A stretch of DNA of 64,000 nucleotides from positions 124,001 to 188,000 of the forward strand of contig JAKMXF010000177.1 in the NCBI GenBank assembly GCA_024704765.1. Reading direction: 5' to 3'. The notes under the pieces were generated by a model. The model was not told where the DNA came from and made no database searches. It saw nothing but the letters and a program-made list of their open reading frames with translations. This DNA comes from Oopsacas minuta (lineage: Eukaryota > Animalia > Porifera). The translations under genes and the position numbers were made by a program. Positions 12,444-26,340 of the stretch are shown one piece after another. Numbering within the stretch: the first letter of the stretch is position 1; every line of letters begins with the position of its first letter.

Positions 12444-13983
12444 TACTTCGAAAAACAAATACTTCCAGTCAGTTTCTATTAGATTTTCCAATTAATGGAA
12501 AGTATAATCAACTCGCAAAAAGATTATTCTGGATAGTGATTTCACTATACATTTTGAGTCGTTATCAGATCCACAAGCCAGTCAATTTAGGGTTCTTCTT
12601 GATATTTTCGACTTACACCAACATGTAAAAGTTCCAATTCATCACTTTGGTCATTTGTCAGACCTCGTTACTATGAAAATGCTTGTATAGTGATAATATC
12701 GTTTCGACTAATGTTTCCTCGGAAAACCAGGGATCACTCTTATGTGGTGTATACTATCGGCTCGTGAATGATGAATGTCTCAGTCAAATTTAGAATATTA
12801 AAAGGAATAAATATAGAACGGTTCAGGAATGATCTCAATCGTGCCAATTTGGCTCTGAACAGGATACTGTCCATGAGGATGTCAATTGGAATAGGGATAA
12901 CTCCAATTTAATCCAAGAATTTGACTTGGATACTCAAACTTTGACCAGTTACCACTTCTGTACGTCGTACACTGAAGACTTAAAAGATACAAAACTAGAG
13001 GTACACAAACTTGAGAGAAGATACATTAAGACAAGGTCCTGATATGATCTTGACACATTCAAAGAGAAATAAATTATATATAATAGTCTACTACGTTTGA
13101 TGAAAACAGTTAAACAGAATACTACTGTGAGAAATTTGGTAATTGCGATGACAGAAACTATTTCAGTAAGCAAAAGCAAATATATGTCCAACAAATGCCA
13201 CTTTCTCCTGATTCTGACTCTAGTTCTATCTCTAAACAAGCTCTTACAAATCGAACGAATTGTTAGTGCTATTGGAAGGGTGATGTTCGAAATAGTGAGG
13301 GTAGATTCAAAAGAGTGGTGGTAGGTAGTAAAGAAAACGTCCGCAATAAGCTCCTTGGTAATTATTGTTACCTATAATATCCTTAATAGAGAAAGCAGAG
13401 ACTTCATTTCCGCTACAATTTCAATAGAAATGGTAAATGAAATCGGCATTTGGCAGATATTCCCAAAAGAAACACAAAATGGGAGTATATTTATACAATT
13501 GGTGGAAATTTGCCAAAAGGTTTTTCATTGTTATATAATTTCAATATAAATGTTTTATTGATAATTGTCAGTGAAATCAGGCTAATTAATAGACTGAATT
13601 CTCTCAAAGTTGGAAAATACTTGCGAAATGTAGGCATTATTCCCTAATTAGAAATTAGCATACTCTCTGTATTCAATATAGATTAAAAGACATCATTTTT
13701 AGAACTTAAGAAGCTACTTGAATATTTGATCTGGGACTTGATTTAGAACAATACTGAGAGGGTAGAGCTATCTAGTTTGAAATTGAGAACGACATGACCG
13801 AGCCAATGTCGAAAAAATAAGGCAATTCATGACTCAACAATGTTGAAAATATCTAGTGTATAACAAATTCTAGCGATTTCAGTCTGGCAATATTTAGATT
13901 GTATTTTCAGCCACTATAAAAGGACACATATTTATACATAAACTGCAAAAACTTTCAGGATAAATAAAAGAGATTCCAGTTAA

Positions 13984-14119
13984 ATAGCTGAGCTAAGTAA
14001 AGTATAGTTTTTTGCAATACAAAAATCCCATACACGTATTCGAAAAGGTGACTTCATTAATTTGAAAAAATGATCTTTCCTCGAAGATAGGAAGCTAATA
14101 CACAAAAAGCAGCTATATA
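13984..14119 (-). repeat. ~150-bp MITE-like repeat with TATAGCTCAGCTATA ends, copy 1
   Basis: Reverse complement aligns to 16335-16487 with a short deletion at one end. Confidence 0.6.
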
Positions 14120-15378
14120 TAAGTTATTTGTAAAATTTGACCTATTGTTATGTCAATAATCGCATTCAAGTGAAAGTATTCTGCCATATAAGTGGTCGCT
14201 TGAAAGTATTAAGGAATATTCTTCCCATAGCGATACAGGATGTCTAGAAAGTGGATATGATATCTGCAAGGACAATTGCATAGTCATCAATAAAGGCATA
14301 TAGGTAATATTCAGGATTGCGTAATTATCGTAGGAGATATCATATTAACATGTACTATAAGGGTAGGAAATCGGGTAAATGCTATAAATCGGTAATAACG
14401 GTTACTAAGCAAAGAAATTGGCACATTTTGATTATCTTTTTGCTTTTGGTTTACAGACATGACATTCTACATATCTGTAATACATTTACTTGGGTATAAA
14501 GTAATGTTTATGCGATAGGAAAGCATTCTGTATATGTCAAACAATGTTCAACCTATGCAGTTTTGACTGTGGTTTGGCTTTGTCACGTTCGTGTAATATA
14601 GTAGTCCGTGATAGAAGTTAATATATGACTTGATTTGGGAGGGAATTCTCCACATAACTGAGAGTGCGAAGCTCTCTCACTTTCAAAATAGCCCGGAAAG
14701 GCCGAAGCATAACTCTATGATATGTTACCTAGCGCAAAATACGACCTATCACTTCCAAAATTTCTGCTTCAATAAACAAAAATAACCCAATTTCGATACT
14801 ATAACTGATTAAGGTTGAATAATAGGTTGGTAATGAATGCAACACTAAATTTATTCCAACTCTTTCAACCATTTCCTGCACTGAAAACGAAATTTCAGCA
14901 TCGTTTGACGTCCTAAAATCCCACATTTTCCGGTCAGTATTTGTTAAATAAGTGTGCAGCATTTGCAAAAAGGTTGTGAATCACTGTACTAGACTATCAT
15001 AGTTGAAAAATCGCTGACCATCTTAATATACCTAACTTGGCAAAATACTGTGATATACGTATCCTAACGATATATTATGCATTGTAGTACACATCTACCA
15101 GAAAAATTAATGATGAAATTATTTATGTGATTAAATAAGGAAATAATAATCAAATTAGATGATCGCAGGGATGACCACGTAAAGTCACGTTAAAAGGTCA
15201 TTTAAAGGCTAGGTGTGTCGAAACTAGACTCAGGAAGCCTAGCGGTGTTGGACAAGGTATAACTTGTTCGACAGCGGTAGGCTGGGATCAGGATAGATTT
15301 TGTGAATTTAATGTTAACAAATTCACATTGGGCTATTAGAGTACATGGAAATATTCTTACCCTCGATATGTGCCATTT

Positions 15379-15459
15379 TGAATTGTGAATTGGATCCTAG
15401 ATATACCTAACAGAAATTATTGCCTAAATAGGTATATCTAGTACCAAATTCACAATTCA
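15379..15459. repeat. ~31-bp near-perfect inverted repeat (foldback/mini-MITE)
   Basis: tgaattgtgaattggatcctagatataccta ... taggtatatctagtaccaaattcacaattca with a ~19-nt spacer. Confidence 0.75.
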
Positions 15460-16334
15460 TAAAGGTAAAATAGATGGCAACAGTTTGGGATGAATAGGTT
15501 AATTACCTATATAATTGTGGTCAATCAAAGTGATGACGACACAATGCAGTTAACTATATTTGTATATTCTGTTTGTAAATATCAGCTATAGCTATAAAAA
15601 AATAACGAAAATGCATTAAATGTTTCGGAAATAAGCTCCAACAGTACCATCATGGGAGGGCAATGCCCGTCAATAAAATAAAAATGGGACAGTGCCATAT
15701 GGTGTATAGGCAAAGTTTCAAATACGAATCAATGTACGATTTTCTAAGGATTTAACTAGACATATTTTAGAACATTTTCAACACTAACTACAATAGAAAA
15801 TAACCACCTACTTTAGGAATTATTATAGATATAATAAAATTGTTTTAAAGATTTATCTAATGATTAATGGGACTCGTTTCCTATATTTAAACAGTTTATA
15901 CCATTAATGAAGAGCATCGTCGTGCACACAAATCTTTCTTGGACTGTTTAGTAATGACGGCCTAGAAGAAATTAAATAGTTTTGAAATGTTATTTAAGTC
16001 CTGTAGTTGCATCTATCAGTTGAAAATTCAAAAAATGTCATTAGCATATTCTGTTTAGATGAATATTTGGCAATTATTTATTGAGATTGTAGACCCGCAC
16101 GGATGCGGACAGATATATTTTCTTTCCACTATATGAAATGGGATCCGTCGATTCGAATGAGATATATCTTAGGTGATATTATATCTCATTATGGCAACAG
16201 GTTTACTAGCATAAATCATCAGTATATATTTATGGAGTGCACTGAACTTGAAATAGGTAGGAAAATAACATAGTATGTTTAATAAATTTATTGATCTGAT
16301 GTAGTTTAAGGTAAAAGTTAACAAATAACTTTTA

Positions 16335-16487
16335 TATAGCTCAGCTATACTATAGTACAGTTTTTATGTATTAGTTTTCTATGTTCGAGGAAAGGTCAAT
16401 TTTTGGATTAATGAATGTCATCTTTTCGAATGCGGTTATGAGGTTTTTGTATTCGAAAAGAATATACTACACTATAGCTCAGCTATA
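16335..16487 (+). repeat. ~150-bp MITE-like repeat, copy 2 (complete)
   Basis: Bounded by two TATAGCTCAGCTATA copies (16335-16349, 16473-16487). Confidence 0.7.
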
Positions 16488-17612
16488 TATAAGGAATCTC
16501 AAAAGTTAATTCAATTTTTGATTGACAAAGATAAAGATTAAATACAAACAAGTACCTATGATTACTCATAGCTACATTTACAATTTTACATATATGCTAG
16601 GAAAATTGTAACCATACTGTGAAATCTACAGAGCCGATTTACTACATGTGAAAAGGACATTTATGATACTGATCTCAACTATTTTAGCTCGCTGAAACAA
16701 ACTTTGAGTGTCAGGAAGACCGAAATTGAGGGTTTCCAAATTTATATACTTGTATTAGAAAACTTCCAAAAATCTCATCATATTCAGAAAATTTCACATC
16801 CAACACTAATAGATGCAAATCTAGGGTCGTGTTCACTAAAGTACTCAACCTTAAGTATTGGTAAAACTGAGTAATTCATTAGTTATTACTTTGTTTTCAC
16901 CAGAAACTAAGTATATAATTAGTTTTTAAAACATTATATGGTAAAAACTAAGTTGGTGATCACAAAGGAAAAATAAGTACAAACTTAGCTGTTACTTAGA
17001 TTTTGAAACACTACATAGTAAAACTAAGTATTTAGATATTTGAAATTAAACAAGTTAAATCCATTTATTGTGTTATTATTTCTTAAAACTATATAAAAGG
17101 TTTTACTTTGTTTCTCTTACGAAACTAAGTATTTTTTAAGTCAAGTACGGAAGTGAATTAACTTATTATATTAAGATGAATAGATATGTATGTTCAGAAA
17201 ATGGTTTCTTAACAACCTCTGCTGCTGCTTAAGATCATTGTCGCGCAACAATTATTTCGTAATGCATTAGAATTTGCGCAATAGAAATGTAATTGTAATC
17301 ACCGAATTGGGAAATAATTCAATAAGGAAAAGAAACGTATATTGAATATATAAAAAGTATTTATGTGATTACTAAAATTCCTGTACAAAATCAGTGGAAT
17401 AGATACTATCAGTGACATTACATAGATAACATGATTATTGATTATACTTGTGTATGAAATTATTAGGGTGAAACGAATATCCCGAAAATTAATACATAAT
17501 TAAACAATCAAGCAATTGTGTTTTGCTTTTGTCACAACTATCCATATCTACTAGTGCGCTTCCATTGCTAGGTCGCTGCGTGACAGCTTAGTGACTCAAG
17601 TTACATTAAGTA

Positions 17613-18933
17613 CAGGGGAATTCAATAAATACTAATCATACCATACTAAAACTATAAATACTTCTGTAAGTTGGTGATTTTTGCTATGAATGTTCGAAGT
17701 AGTCTCCTTTATACGCTACAACTAAATTTAGCCTTCTAATCCAATTTTCAAACGTCTTCCTGTACACATCCTTGGGTATGACTTCAGGGCATCTGTAAAT
17801 TACCCGACCAAGGCTGAGCCGATCCTCAAATTCGCATCCGGAGACGTTATCTTTGAGTTTTCTTAACAGCCAGAAGTCACATGGGGCTATATCAGGGGAG
17901 TAAGGTAGATGTGGAACTTCGTGCATACCCATATCTTTAATTTTTTGCCTTACAGCCAAAGATTTATGCGGTCTAGCATTATCTTCAAAATTTTGAGACC
18001 ACGAGTTCCAGTCTTTGGACGACGCTTAAGATAATGTTTTTCGACCTCAGGCAACACCACATCTGCGTAAAATTGTCCTGTGAGTGTCTGACCTTTGGGA
18101 ACAGGGATTTGGGCTACAGGACCTAGGTCATCGAAAAATATGCGGTACAAGAACTTCGGGGCACGGAAGTCGGACACACAAACAGTTGGAGGTACCTCTC
18201 CCTTCTTTAGCCATACCGTGCCATCTTGCTTTCTGATCAGTGGTTTGAATTGTATCCATGTTTCATCTCCTGTTACTATCTCTAATTACCGTCTAGGGTC
18301 ACTCCCTTCATAAATTTCAAGGTTTTCCTTAGCCATTTGGAGTCTCGCGGCCTTTTGTGGAAAAGTTAAGCAATGTGGCATCCATCGCATTTGGACCTTC
18401 TTCAGTTCTAAATCCGTGTTCAGAATTGTGTGTGCACTTCCCGTTGAAATGCTAACATAGTTAGCTACCCCCTCAACCGAAGAATGCGGAAAAGACTCGA
18501 CATATTCCTTTACTTCACTCAATTTGTCATTGTTGGTCGCCAGTTTTGGTACTCCAGGACGAGGGGCGTCTTGGACAGAGGTCCTACCTTCCCTAAATAG
18601 GCTCACCCACCTTCTGATAGTTGAATACGATAAAGTATCTTCTCTACATATCGTTGCTAACTCGTCATGAATAGACTTTGGAGAGATTTCGAGAATGATG
18701 CGAAATTTGATGTACGTTCGTTGTTCAAGTTTCTAAAAATTCGGACAAGAAGCTATGAAAAATGTATGTTTCTAAAAATAACTGAAACTTGGGAAATAAT
18801 TAAGTGATCAACTCTCTCTAAGTTTTGTTAGAAAGTTGAAATATGGTTCTATATAATTGCACTGAGAAATACAAACTTAGAACTGCTATTACATTAAAAA
18901 TAAAGGATGATTAGTATATATTGAATGCCCCTG
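17613..18933 (-). mobile_element. mariner (DD34D) element, degenerate
   Basis: TIRs cagggg(a/c)attcaata(t)atactaatcat with TA TSDs. Motifs RWMPHCL, IVTGDETW, PYSPDIAPCDFWL, GDYFE in ORFs 18286-18606, 17950-18177, 17684-17959. Confidence 0.9.
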
Positions 18934-19799
18934 TATTACTAAGCAAAATCCCTTAGTTTAGGGCATTAAATATTTCTTCTACAGTCATGATGACGGTATA
19001 ATCCCATGATGAGTTTGCATTTGGTAAGTGATGACGACAGATAGTATGGCTTATTGAGGGGTACTTGTAGTTCAAATTTCAACCATCTATCCAATTGGCT
19101 GAGGCACAGCGGGTTATTCGTTTCCAATAGGGGAAATTTTCATAATTCAATCTTGTCAATTCATATATTGAGAATGATCAGAAATATGTACGTAGGTGTA
19201 CCCAAATCTTTGCTTTTTAGCTGAATCAACTTATATGAGTGTTGTACTATCTCAAAGTCTCACCAAATGATATTAATTTTCGGGCCTTTTGAAATCATAT
19301 TTTGTTCACCCAACTTAAATTCCCATAAATAGAATTTCAAGCTTGAAAATACTATCAAACGTATACTGGGTGTAGTTTTAATGTTACTTTTATAGCTCAA
19401 ACCTGATTTATGGGAATTTTCATTAATTTTCTATACTTAAACTTTGTGATGATATAGCATAATTATTGGTTATATAATATGAATAATGCGACCATAATTT
19501 GTTGCGGACAACACTTTCTCGCAATTTCTCGCACTATTCAGGGTATTCCACGCATGTCACACTATCAAATATAAAACTATTCTATAAATATTTGTTCAGC
19601 AAAGTCCAGCGAAACCAAAATAATACTAACATTCCCTTCTATGCTTTTGGTTACTATGGTTTGTCAAGCTAAAATGTTTCTATGTTAATGTAATGTCTTA
19701 ATCAACTATTATTCACATGATTCACAAATACAATCTAACTTATCATAAATGTTACTACATTCGTTAAACATTATCAGTGACTTCTAGCAAGCGTTTGGC

Positions 19800-20965
19800 A
19801 ATCGAATCAATACTGAACTGTCGCAGTTTAAGTTTGCTTTACACCCTCGTTGGTGTCCTACCTCTTCACATTTCATATATTTGAGACACTTACGAAACTT
19901 CTCATTGAGTACTGGCTATCCTTCATCGTAGTTCGGGAGAATATGTCTTTTCACTTTTGAATGAAAATCTGATTTTCGCGATAGATACTTACTAAAGCTG
20001 CGTATTAGCATATGTGCCTGTTCCAAACCTCCTTCAGAGGATATCTTAAGGCCACGATTATCATTCAGTTCTATAAATTGATATGTAGGTGCTAGAAAGT
20101 TATGCACTGTGGTAGTTATTGAAACCCAGGGGTAATAACCTAACAGAAGGAGATATATTTCTTCATATAGCACCTTGAAGGTACTAACATTGATGTTCTG
20201 AGAGCCATTTTTTTACACGAAGTAGAGCAGAAACTTTTGCATGAAAAATTTCTGATTTTAACATCTTCTTGAGGTTCAAAAGGAGAGCTCTGTTTTAAAA
20301 GGAAGATCATCAGAAATGAACAAACGAGCTGAATTACCAGTGCTAGTGATCCCACTTCTTCTACCTTGGTTAAACTGAATATTCGTAACTTTTATATCCG
20401 TTGTGTAATCAGTTTATGGCTTGTCCGAATATTTACATGATCACCCCAGGTACATCTTCCCGCTGCTATCCGGTATTATATTTCGGAAACCAACCAAGAA
20501 TACGTAAGTATGAGTGTAAAGATGCAGTAGGAAGGACTTCAATTGAACTTGCAGGTTCATAAGTGATTCCAGCTCGTTGTTGGGAAAGATAAGCTGTAAG
20601 CTCCTTTCCATCGAAGTTAGCTCTGCGATAGTATCTTTGATCGCTTGCATCAACGTGTAATGAAGCGAAAGCCTGCTATTACAACTTCAGGCTCTGATAC
20701 ATCAGTTTGTCCTGCGGAGCAACACTGACAAGGAGCGCCCCGCGAACAATAAATCTGGCAAACATTTTACCATCTAACATTCAGGCCTTAATTTCGATGG
20801 CCACGTTTAGTATCCAGAAATCCCATTTATTTCATGAAGTATCAGTGTCATTTTACAGCTTTGTTTGACAATAATTTTTTTGAAATAATTTATATACAAG
20901 AATTTAGATGTGAATATTTGTATAATTTGTGGTAGAAATAATATCACATTCCTATACAACACCAA
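19800..20965 (-). mobile_element. Transib-like (RAG1-core-related) transposase remnant A, internally deleted
   Basis: MLDGK, GAPCQCC, GITYEP..SLHSYLRI, ITSTGNSARLF, YPWVSITTTVH, SEGGLEQAHMLIR..LSRK. 20500-20786 is a near-identical inverted copy of 63709-64000. Confidence 0.65.
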
Positions 20966-21892
20966 ACGCCGCTTAGCACTTCCAGTATTACAACTGTTGG
21001 CCATTAAATGTAATCTGTATGGACCATTGTTAATACAAAATAACCATTTCCGCAAAAGGTTAACTTCGAGGCCTGGTGTAGCTAGCCAACCTGGTCGCGT
21101 AGCAACCATAAGCATGAAGAAATTTACTGTTTAATACTTGAGCTATCCTGAGGTACTAAGCTGTCGCGCAGCATCCTAGCAAGCGAAGCGGGCGAGTGGT
21201 ATCAAGTTTGAGGAATAATGCTCATATTTTAATTCATTGCCCCAACAAACGAAAATTTATTTGCTTTAGGGTGGTCAAGTAGTTCAGTACATATTCTTAT
21301 TATCATCATTGATTTTCCTGGACACACTAAGACGCGGCTTATCTGTGTGTTGTATATTTCGCGTATAACGTATGTTGCATTATACGTGATCTGTTTGAAC
21401 TTATTTTACATTAAGCATGCCCTGCTATCATACAGCAATAAATGCTGCCGAAACATGGTAAAACATTTGAGTACACATTTTGAAGAGTATAGAAATTTCA
21501 AAGACTCTTAAACTGAAAATAATTCTGTTTTAATAATCAGTAATGTCTGATTGGTGTATACCATGATGATTTAATGTAATTGATTCAATTATTTCGATGA
21601 CATGATCGGAATGTGATGAGATTCCTGGGTTGCTAAGGAAAGAAATTTTGTTATATTGAAGCCATAACTCAATAGCTATAAACCCTATCTATCTCTAGTT
21701 GATATTAGTCTACTCGCAATATGTTACATCATATTATCGAATAATATAAATCAATGGCCTACATTTAATATCTTTTGAGAAATTCACATTTTTGATAACA
21801 TGAAAGGAGGGCATACACACGGTGGTAAACGTAAACTACTCAATATATATTGAATGTACAATATTGAAACATATTAACAAATAACATATATA

Positions 21893-23368
21893 TCTAGCTC
21901 AGCTATACTATAGTACAGTTTTTGTGTATTTGCTGTTCTATCTTTAAAAAAAGTCATTTTTCGGAAAATGAAAGTCACCTTTCGAATGAGAGTATGGCGT
22001 TTTTGTATTTCAAACAACTGTAATATACTTTGGGGATTCAAAAGGTTCCCATCCTTAGTTTACAGCGACCAACCTCTACTCGATTACATGAGATGCATAG
22101 TATATCCTAATAATCCTATCGATTATATATTTAATGCTATTAAGCAATTTACTCTAGTAGTACATATCTTGATCTATCCTACTTTCAATTTTACCTATTT
22201 CGAGAGTCAACATTTTCATGGCTTAAAAACATATATTAAACAAAACAGAACAACTAGTTTACATAAAGATTCGTATCATACTTGGCGACAACCACTCCAG
22301 ATACATGAGAATCTATTCACGATATATCATGGGAAACTCTAGCGTATCCCACGGTAAAGGAATGGGCACGTAAATTAAATGCTGGTAGAGGCAGCATTGA
22401 AGATGACTATCGTATCGGAAGACCAATTTCCGCTACTACCCCTGAAATTGACTCTCAAATTCTGGAAATATTGGATATTACTCCCCATTTGAGCGTTGAA
22501 GACATTGCCCTAATCCTGGACATCTCATCGGAAAGTGTTCATACAATTTGACACGATTATTTCGAATACCAATGGAATTCGGCGCGATGGATACCAAAAA
22601 TCCACACAAAGGGGCAAAAGGAGGAGGGGTCTCATGTGCGAAAAAATTGCTGAAGAATATAGAGATTGTGATTCTCGAAAATCAATATATGAAATCGTCA
22701 CTGGTGACGAAACTTAGATTCAATTTCCTAAACTTCTGTGTAAGGAACAAAGCAAATCGTGGCTCCAAAAAGGTTCTTACCCCCCAGAAAAGTCACGTCC
22801 GGACTTCAGAGACGATAAGGTTCTCTAAAGCATACTCTTGATGCATATGGGTTAGTGGCTCAAATACCTGTGCTAAAGAAGAACGACTCAATTGATAATT
22901 TTTACTAAGATAGATGGAGAAGTCGAGAAAGTCTATAAAACAGACATCCGCGTACAGGAATTCGAAGAATCGAACTTCTCCACGATAATGCCAGACCTCA
23001 TATTTAAATATGTAGCGAAGTTATTGAGGATATCGGATTTAAACGATGGAATATCCTCCCTATTCCTCAGATCTATCGCCTTGTGATTTCTAGCTATTAC
23101 CTGAAATGAAAAAACATCTCGGAGGACGGCTATTTCATACCCGACAAGAGCTACGAAACGAGATTTACCATTACCTAAATTCAGTGGAGAGAAACAAGTA
23201 TAAAAAATATATTTTCGAAGTGGGTTGAAAGACTACAAATATGCATAGATATAGAGAGGGAATATTATGAACAATTTATGTAGAAACTTGATTGGTAAGA
23301 TGTTGTAATGGCAAGATAATAAACAAAGATGGGAACTTTTTGAATGCCCTAAGTGCTAGAGCTTAGCT
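21893..23368 (+). repeat. MITE-like repeat copy 3, split by the mariner at 22028-23353
   Basis: 21893-22027 aligns to 16335-16470; the terminal motif resumes as tagagcttagcta after 23355. Confidence 0.55.
22028..23353 (+). mobile_element. mariner element, degenerate
   Basis: Imperfect TIRs ctttggggattcaaaaggttcccatc / gatgggaactttttgaatgccctaag with TA/TG flanks. Motifs ARWIPK, YEIVTGDET, LHDNARPH, PDLSPCDF. Confidence 0.8.
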
Positions 23369-23652
23369 AAATATTAGAATCTCATATATCCTTCGTTAAG
23401 ATTAAATAACCTATTGCCTAATGGACACGTTTGTTTTACAATGATCCATTATCATGTATAGCCTTATTATAGCATCCCATGGTATAGGTTAACCTAAAAA
23501 TACGAGATAGTGGAAAGCTATTTTAGATCAGAAGAAGCGTAGGATTATAGTTATCTTCTGGGATATATAGGTGTCGGTTTATGCAGGTTACGATATTTAC
23601 ATTTCTGTGTTTCAGTTTTGTATAACTTCTGATTCTAATTGATCAGATATTA

Positions 23653-24707
23653 CTGAGGCGTTCAATAAATACTAATCACTATTCAGAAAAATTACTCATA
23701 CTGTCTAAAAAGTCATAGTTTTGATTATCAATGTTTGGAATAGTCTCCTCTTCACTCAATAACTGAATTCAACCTCATAATCCAATTTTCAAATTTCATT
23801 TTATACTCTTCTTTGTGGTCTGTAAACTTGCGAAACAACCAGAAATCACAAGACGCTGGATCTGGTGACTAGGGAGGATGGAGGACCTCTTCCATCTCCG
23901 TATCCTAAATAATTTGTTTTATAAGCCAACATTTTGCAGCCTGACATTATTGTGTATTTTCAATACACGAGTACTTGTATTTGGACGACGTTTGGCATAA
24001 CAATTTTTACTTCGCTAATACTACTTGGGTGTAAAATCTCCCAGCAAATGTGTAGCCTTTTAGCCCAGGTATCTGCGCTACTGAACCTAAGGCATCGAAA
24101 ATTTGGAATGGAGAACCTTCTCTGCACGAAGATCTGACACACAGACAGCTGGAGGTACCTCTCATTCTAGGGCCAAACATTCCTGTCCTGCCTTCTAATT
24201 GGTGGACTGAGTAGTATTCACGTTTCATCTCCTTTCACAATTGCTAAGTATCCTGGGATCTGCTCGCTTGTAAATTTGCAGGTCTCTTAGGACATTTTGA
24301 CTCTATTCTCCTTTGTTAGAATGTTCGGGGGGATGTAGTACCCATCATACTTGAACCTTCCTCAAATATTATGCTGTTGTAAGAATTGTATTAGCATATC
24401 CGTTGAGATATTCGCATAGCTAGCAATTTCTTCAATCGAATAACCAGGGTAGTACTCAACCAATATTGTCACCTCAAAGCATTAATAGGGGCTCCAAAAC
24501 GAGGGGTATCTCTTACAGAAACTTTCCACTCCTGAAGAGGTTTACCCATCTCCTAAAAGTAGAATAATACAAAGATAGAGCTAAACTAAAAGATAAAGTT
24601 TTGATCAAAAGTAACATGTGGGCCTCTCTAAAATATAGTAATAATGAGGCATTCAATTGTTAACATGGTATCATTTTTGGTGTGATTAGTACTTATTCAA
24701 TCCCTTG
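23653..24707 (-). mobile_element. mariner element, deleted and degenerate (related to 17613-18933)
   Basis: TA-flanked TIR-like ends similar to those of 17613-18933. Fragments such as GPVAQIP..FYTQVVL and PDPASCDFWLF..GDY. Confidence 0.75.
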
Positions 24708-24859
24708 TATTATTATCATGCATCAATCTGATATTTAAGTTATTTTGTAAAACATTACTTTACGAATGAGGGAAGTAAAAATAAAAATTTATAAGCAGAT
24801 TACAATTTGACTACGCATTTAACATCTCGAAGAGAATATTGTATCATCGAAATTTTAGA

Positions 24860-25400
24860 GTACATGGCTGGGTTTTGGGCAGATAGTGGGAAAATCCCGG
24901 TTTTTGCCTCAAAACTGGTCAATACTAGATCAGAGCTACGTATGCTATAACCTTGAATACTATGAAAAAGTTATCAAATTTAACTACCTAGGGAACATGA
25001 TCAATCCGAAATACATGCGGCAGAGGCTTTCATGTGAACAACTGGAAAATATTGGAGTTTGTTAATTCTACTAAATGCTTCTCTTTTGTCGTACCCATAT
25101 ACGTTTCAGGTAAAGGCAGCACAATTCCCTGCATCTATATTGAATGTACAGATTCATTGGATCGTGTAAGGTGGTGGAAAACCATTAGAAATTTGTAAAA
25201 CATTGTAGCAGATGCTTTGCGATACAACCCGCAAAGCATGTGCTACAAAATTTAATTTATCTTGCCGTCAATTTCAGGAAGAATTGAAAGAATTTTCTCG
25301 AATTTGCTTTATTCAAACCCAACTACGAAACAGATTGAGACTTGATAATGTGAGCAAATTAGTAGCTTGTTACAGAGATATGAAAGGATGTCAATAATTT
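24860..25400 (+). mobile_element. hAT transposase C-terminal remnant
   Basis: FSRICFIQTQLRNRLRLDNVSKLV resembles the hAT dimerisation domain; no termini found. Confidence 0.45.
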
Positions 25401-26340
25401 CGGTGGGAATGAATTAGGCAATTTATACATCAATAAATTATCTCTTTTATCTTGCATAATGAAAAACAAGGATTTTTTTATCAGATTCATCCACTAATAT
25501 TACAATTTTCTTTTAATCAATTTAGACAAGTTTTCTCCAGTAAGAAGGTTTTAGATACGACGGTTATTACCAATATGATTCTAACTACATGGATAATACC
25601 TGCTAACCCTGGTACGGTGGTTCTTGGTTCTACTAATATATTTTCGTATATCTCTTATGTACTTTTAACCGATATTCTTATAAGCAATACCTACTGTAGT
25701 AAATTTATGACAATGTAAGGTTAATGTTGTGATATCATTATTGAACATACCATGCCCTTATGACAAATACTTTCACAACTCTGCTCTACACTTTTCCAAG
25801 AACATATATGGAGGGTTTTAGACAGGGGGGGCTTGAACTCTCCAGAAATCTTGAATTTAATAATAATAATCATTATTTTAGCGTATTGATTTGGTAATAA
25901 ATTTTCATGATTTCTATTAAACTCTGCCAAATCTCTCGGAGTACAACTTGAAACATTTAGCATAAGCTGTACCCCTAGGGGTGTCCGCGAGACCTGTTCT
26001 TCCTCAGCTACTGTTTTCCAATCACCATTTTTTCTTCCTCTCCAAATCAATCCTGTATGTCACCCTGATATGAGCATGAAATAAAGCTATTGGTTTATAC
26101 ATATGTTATGGCGCCGCGTAAATTCCTTTTTTAACATACAAAAGATAGGTGCTCACACATTTATATGTAGGATGTAATGCAGGATTATAATTATATTTAA
26201 CTTCAAAAGAAGCACCCATTGACTATAAAAGTAAATTAAAGTGAGTAACACTACTATACACAAGCCAATATAGTTCAAAAGTGCATGCACACCAGTGTAC
26301 ATGTATGTTAACCAAAAGTGCATATGTACTGCACCAAATA

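Larger units (their letters stand above)
10790..13260 (+). mobile_element. CR1/L2-like LINE ORF2 5' fragment (APE endonuclease), interrupted by Tc1 at 11100-12443
   Basis: ISETWI, GGGLVIIY..TSFECL..IISIY, IILDSDFTIH..QFRVLLDIFDLHQHVKVPIHHFGHLSDLV, DHSYVV, FRILKGINIERFRNDL, KLERRYIKT. Many stops; no RT core seen. Confidence 0.7.
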
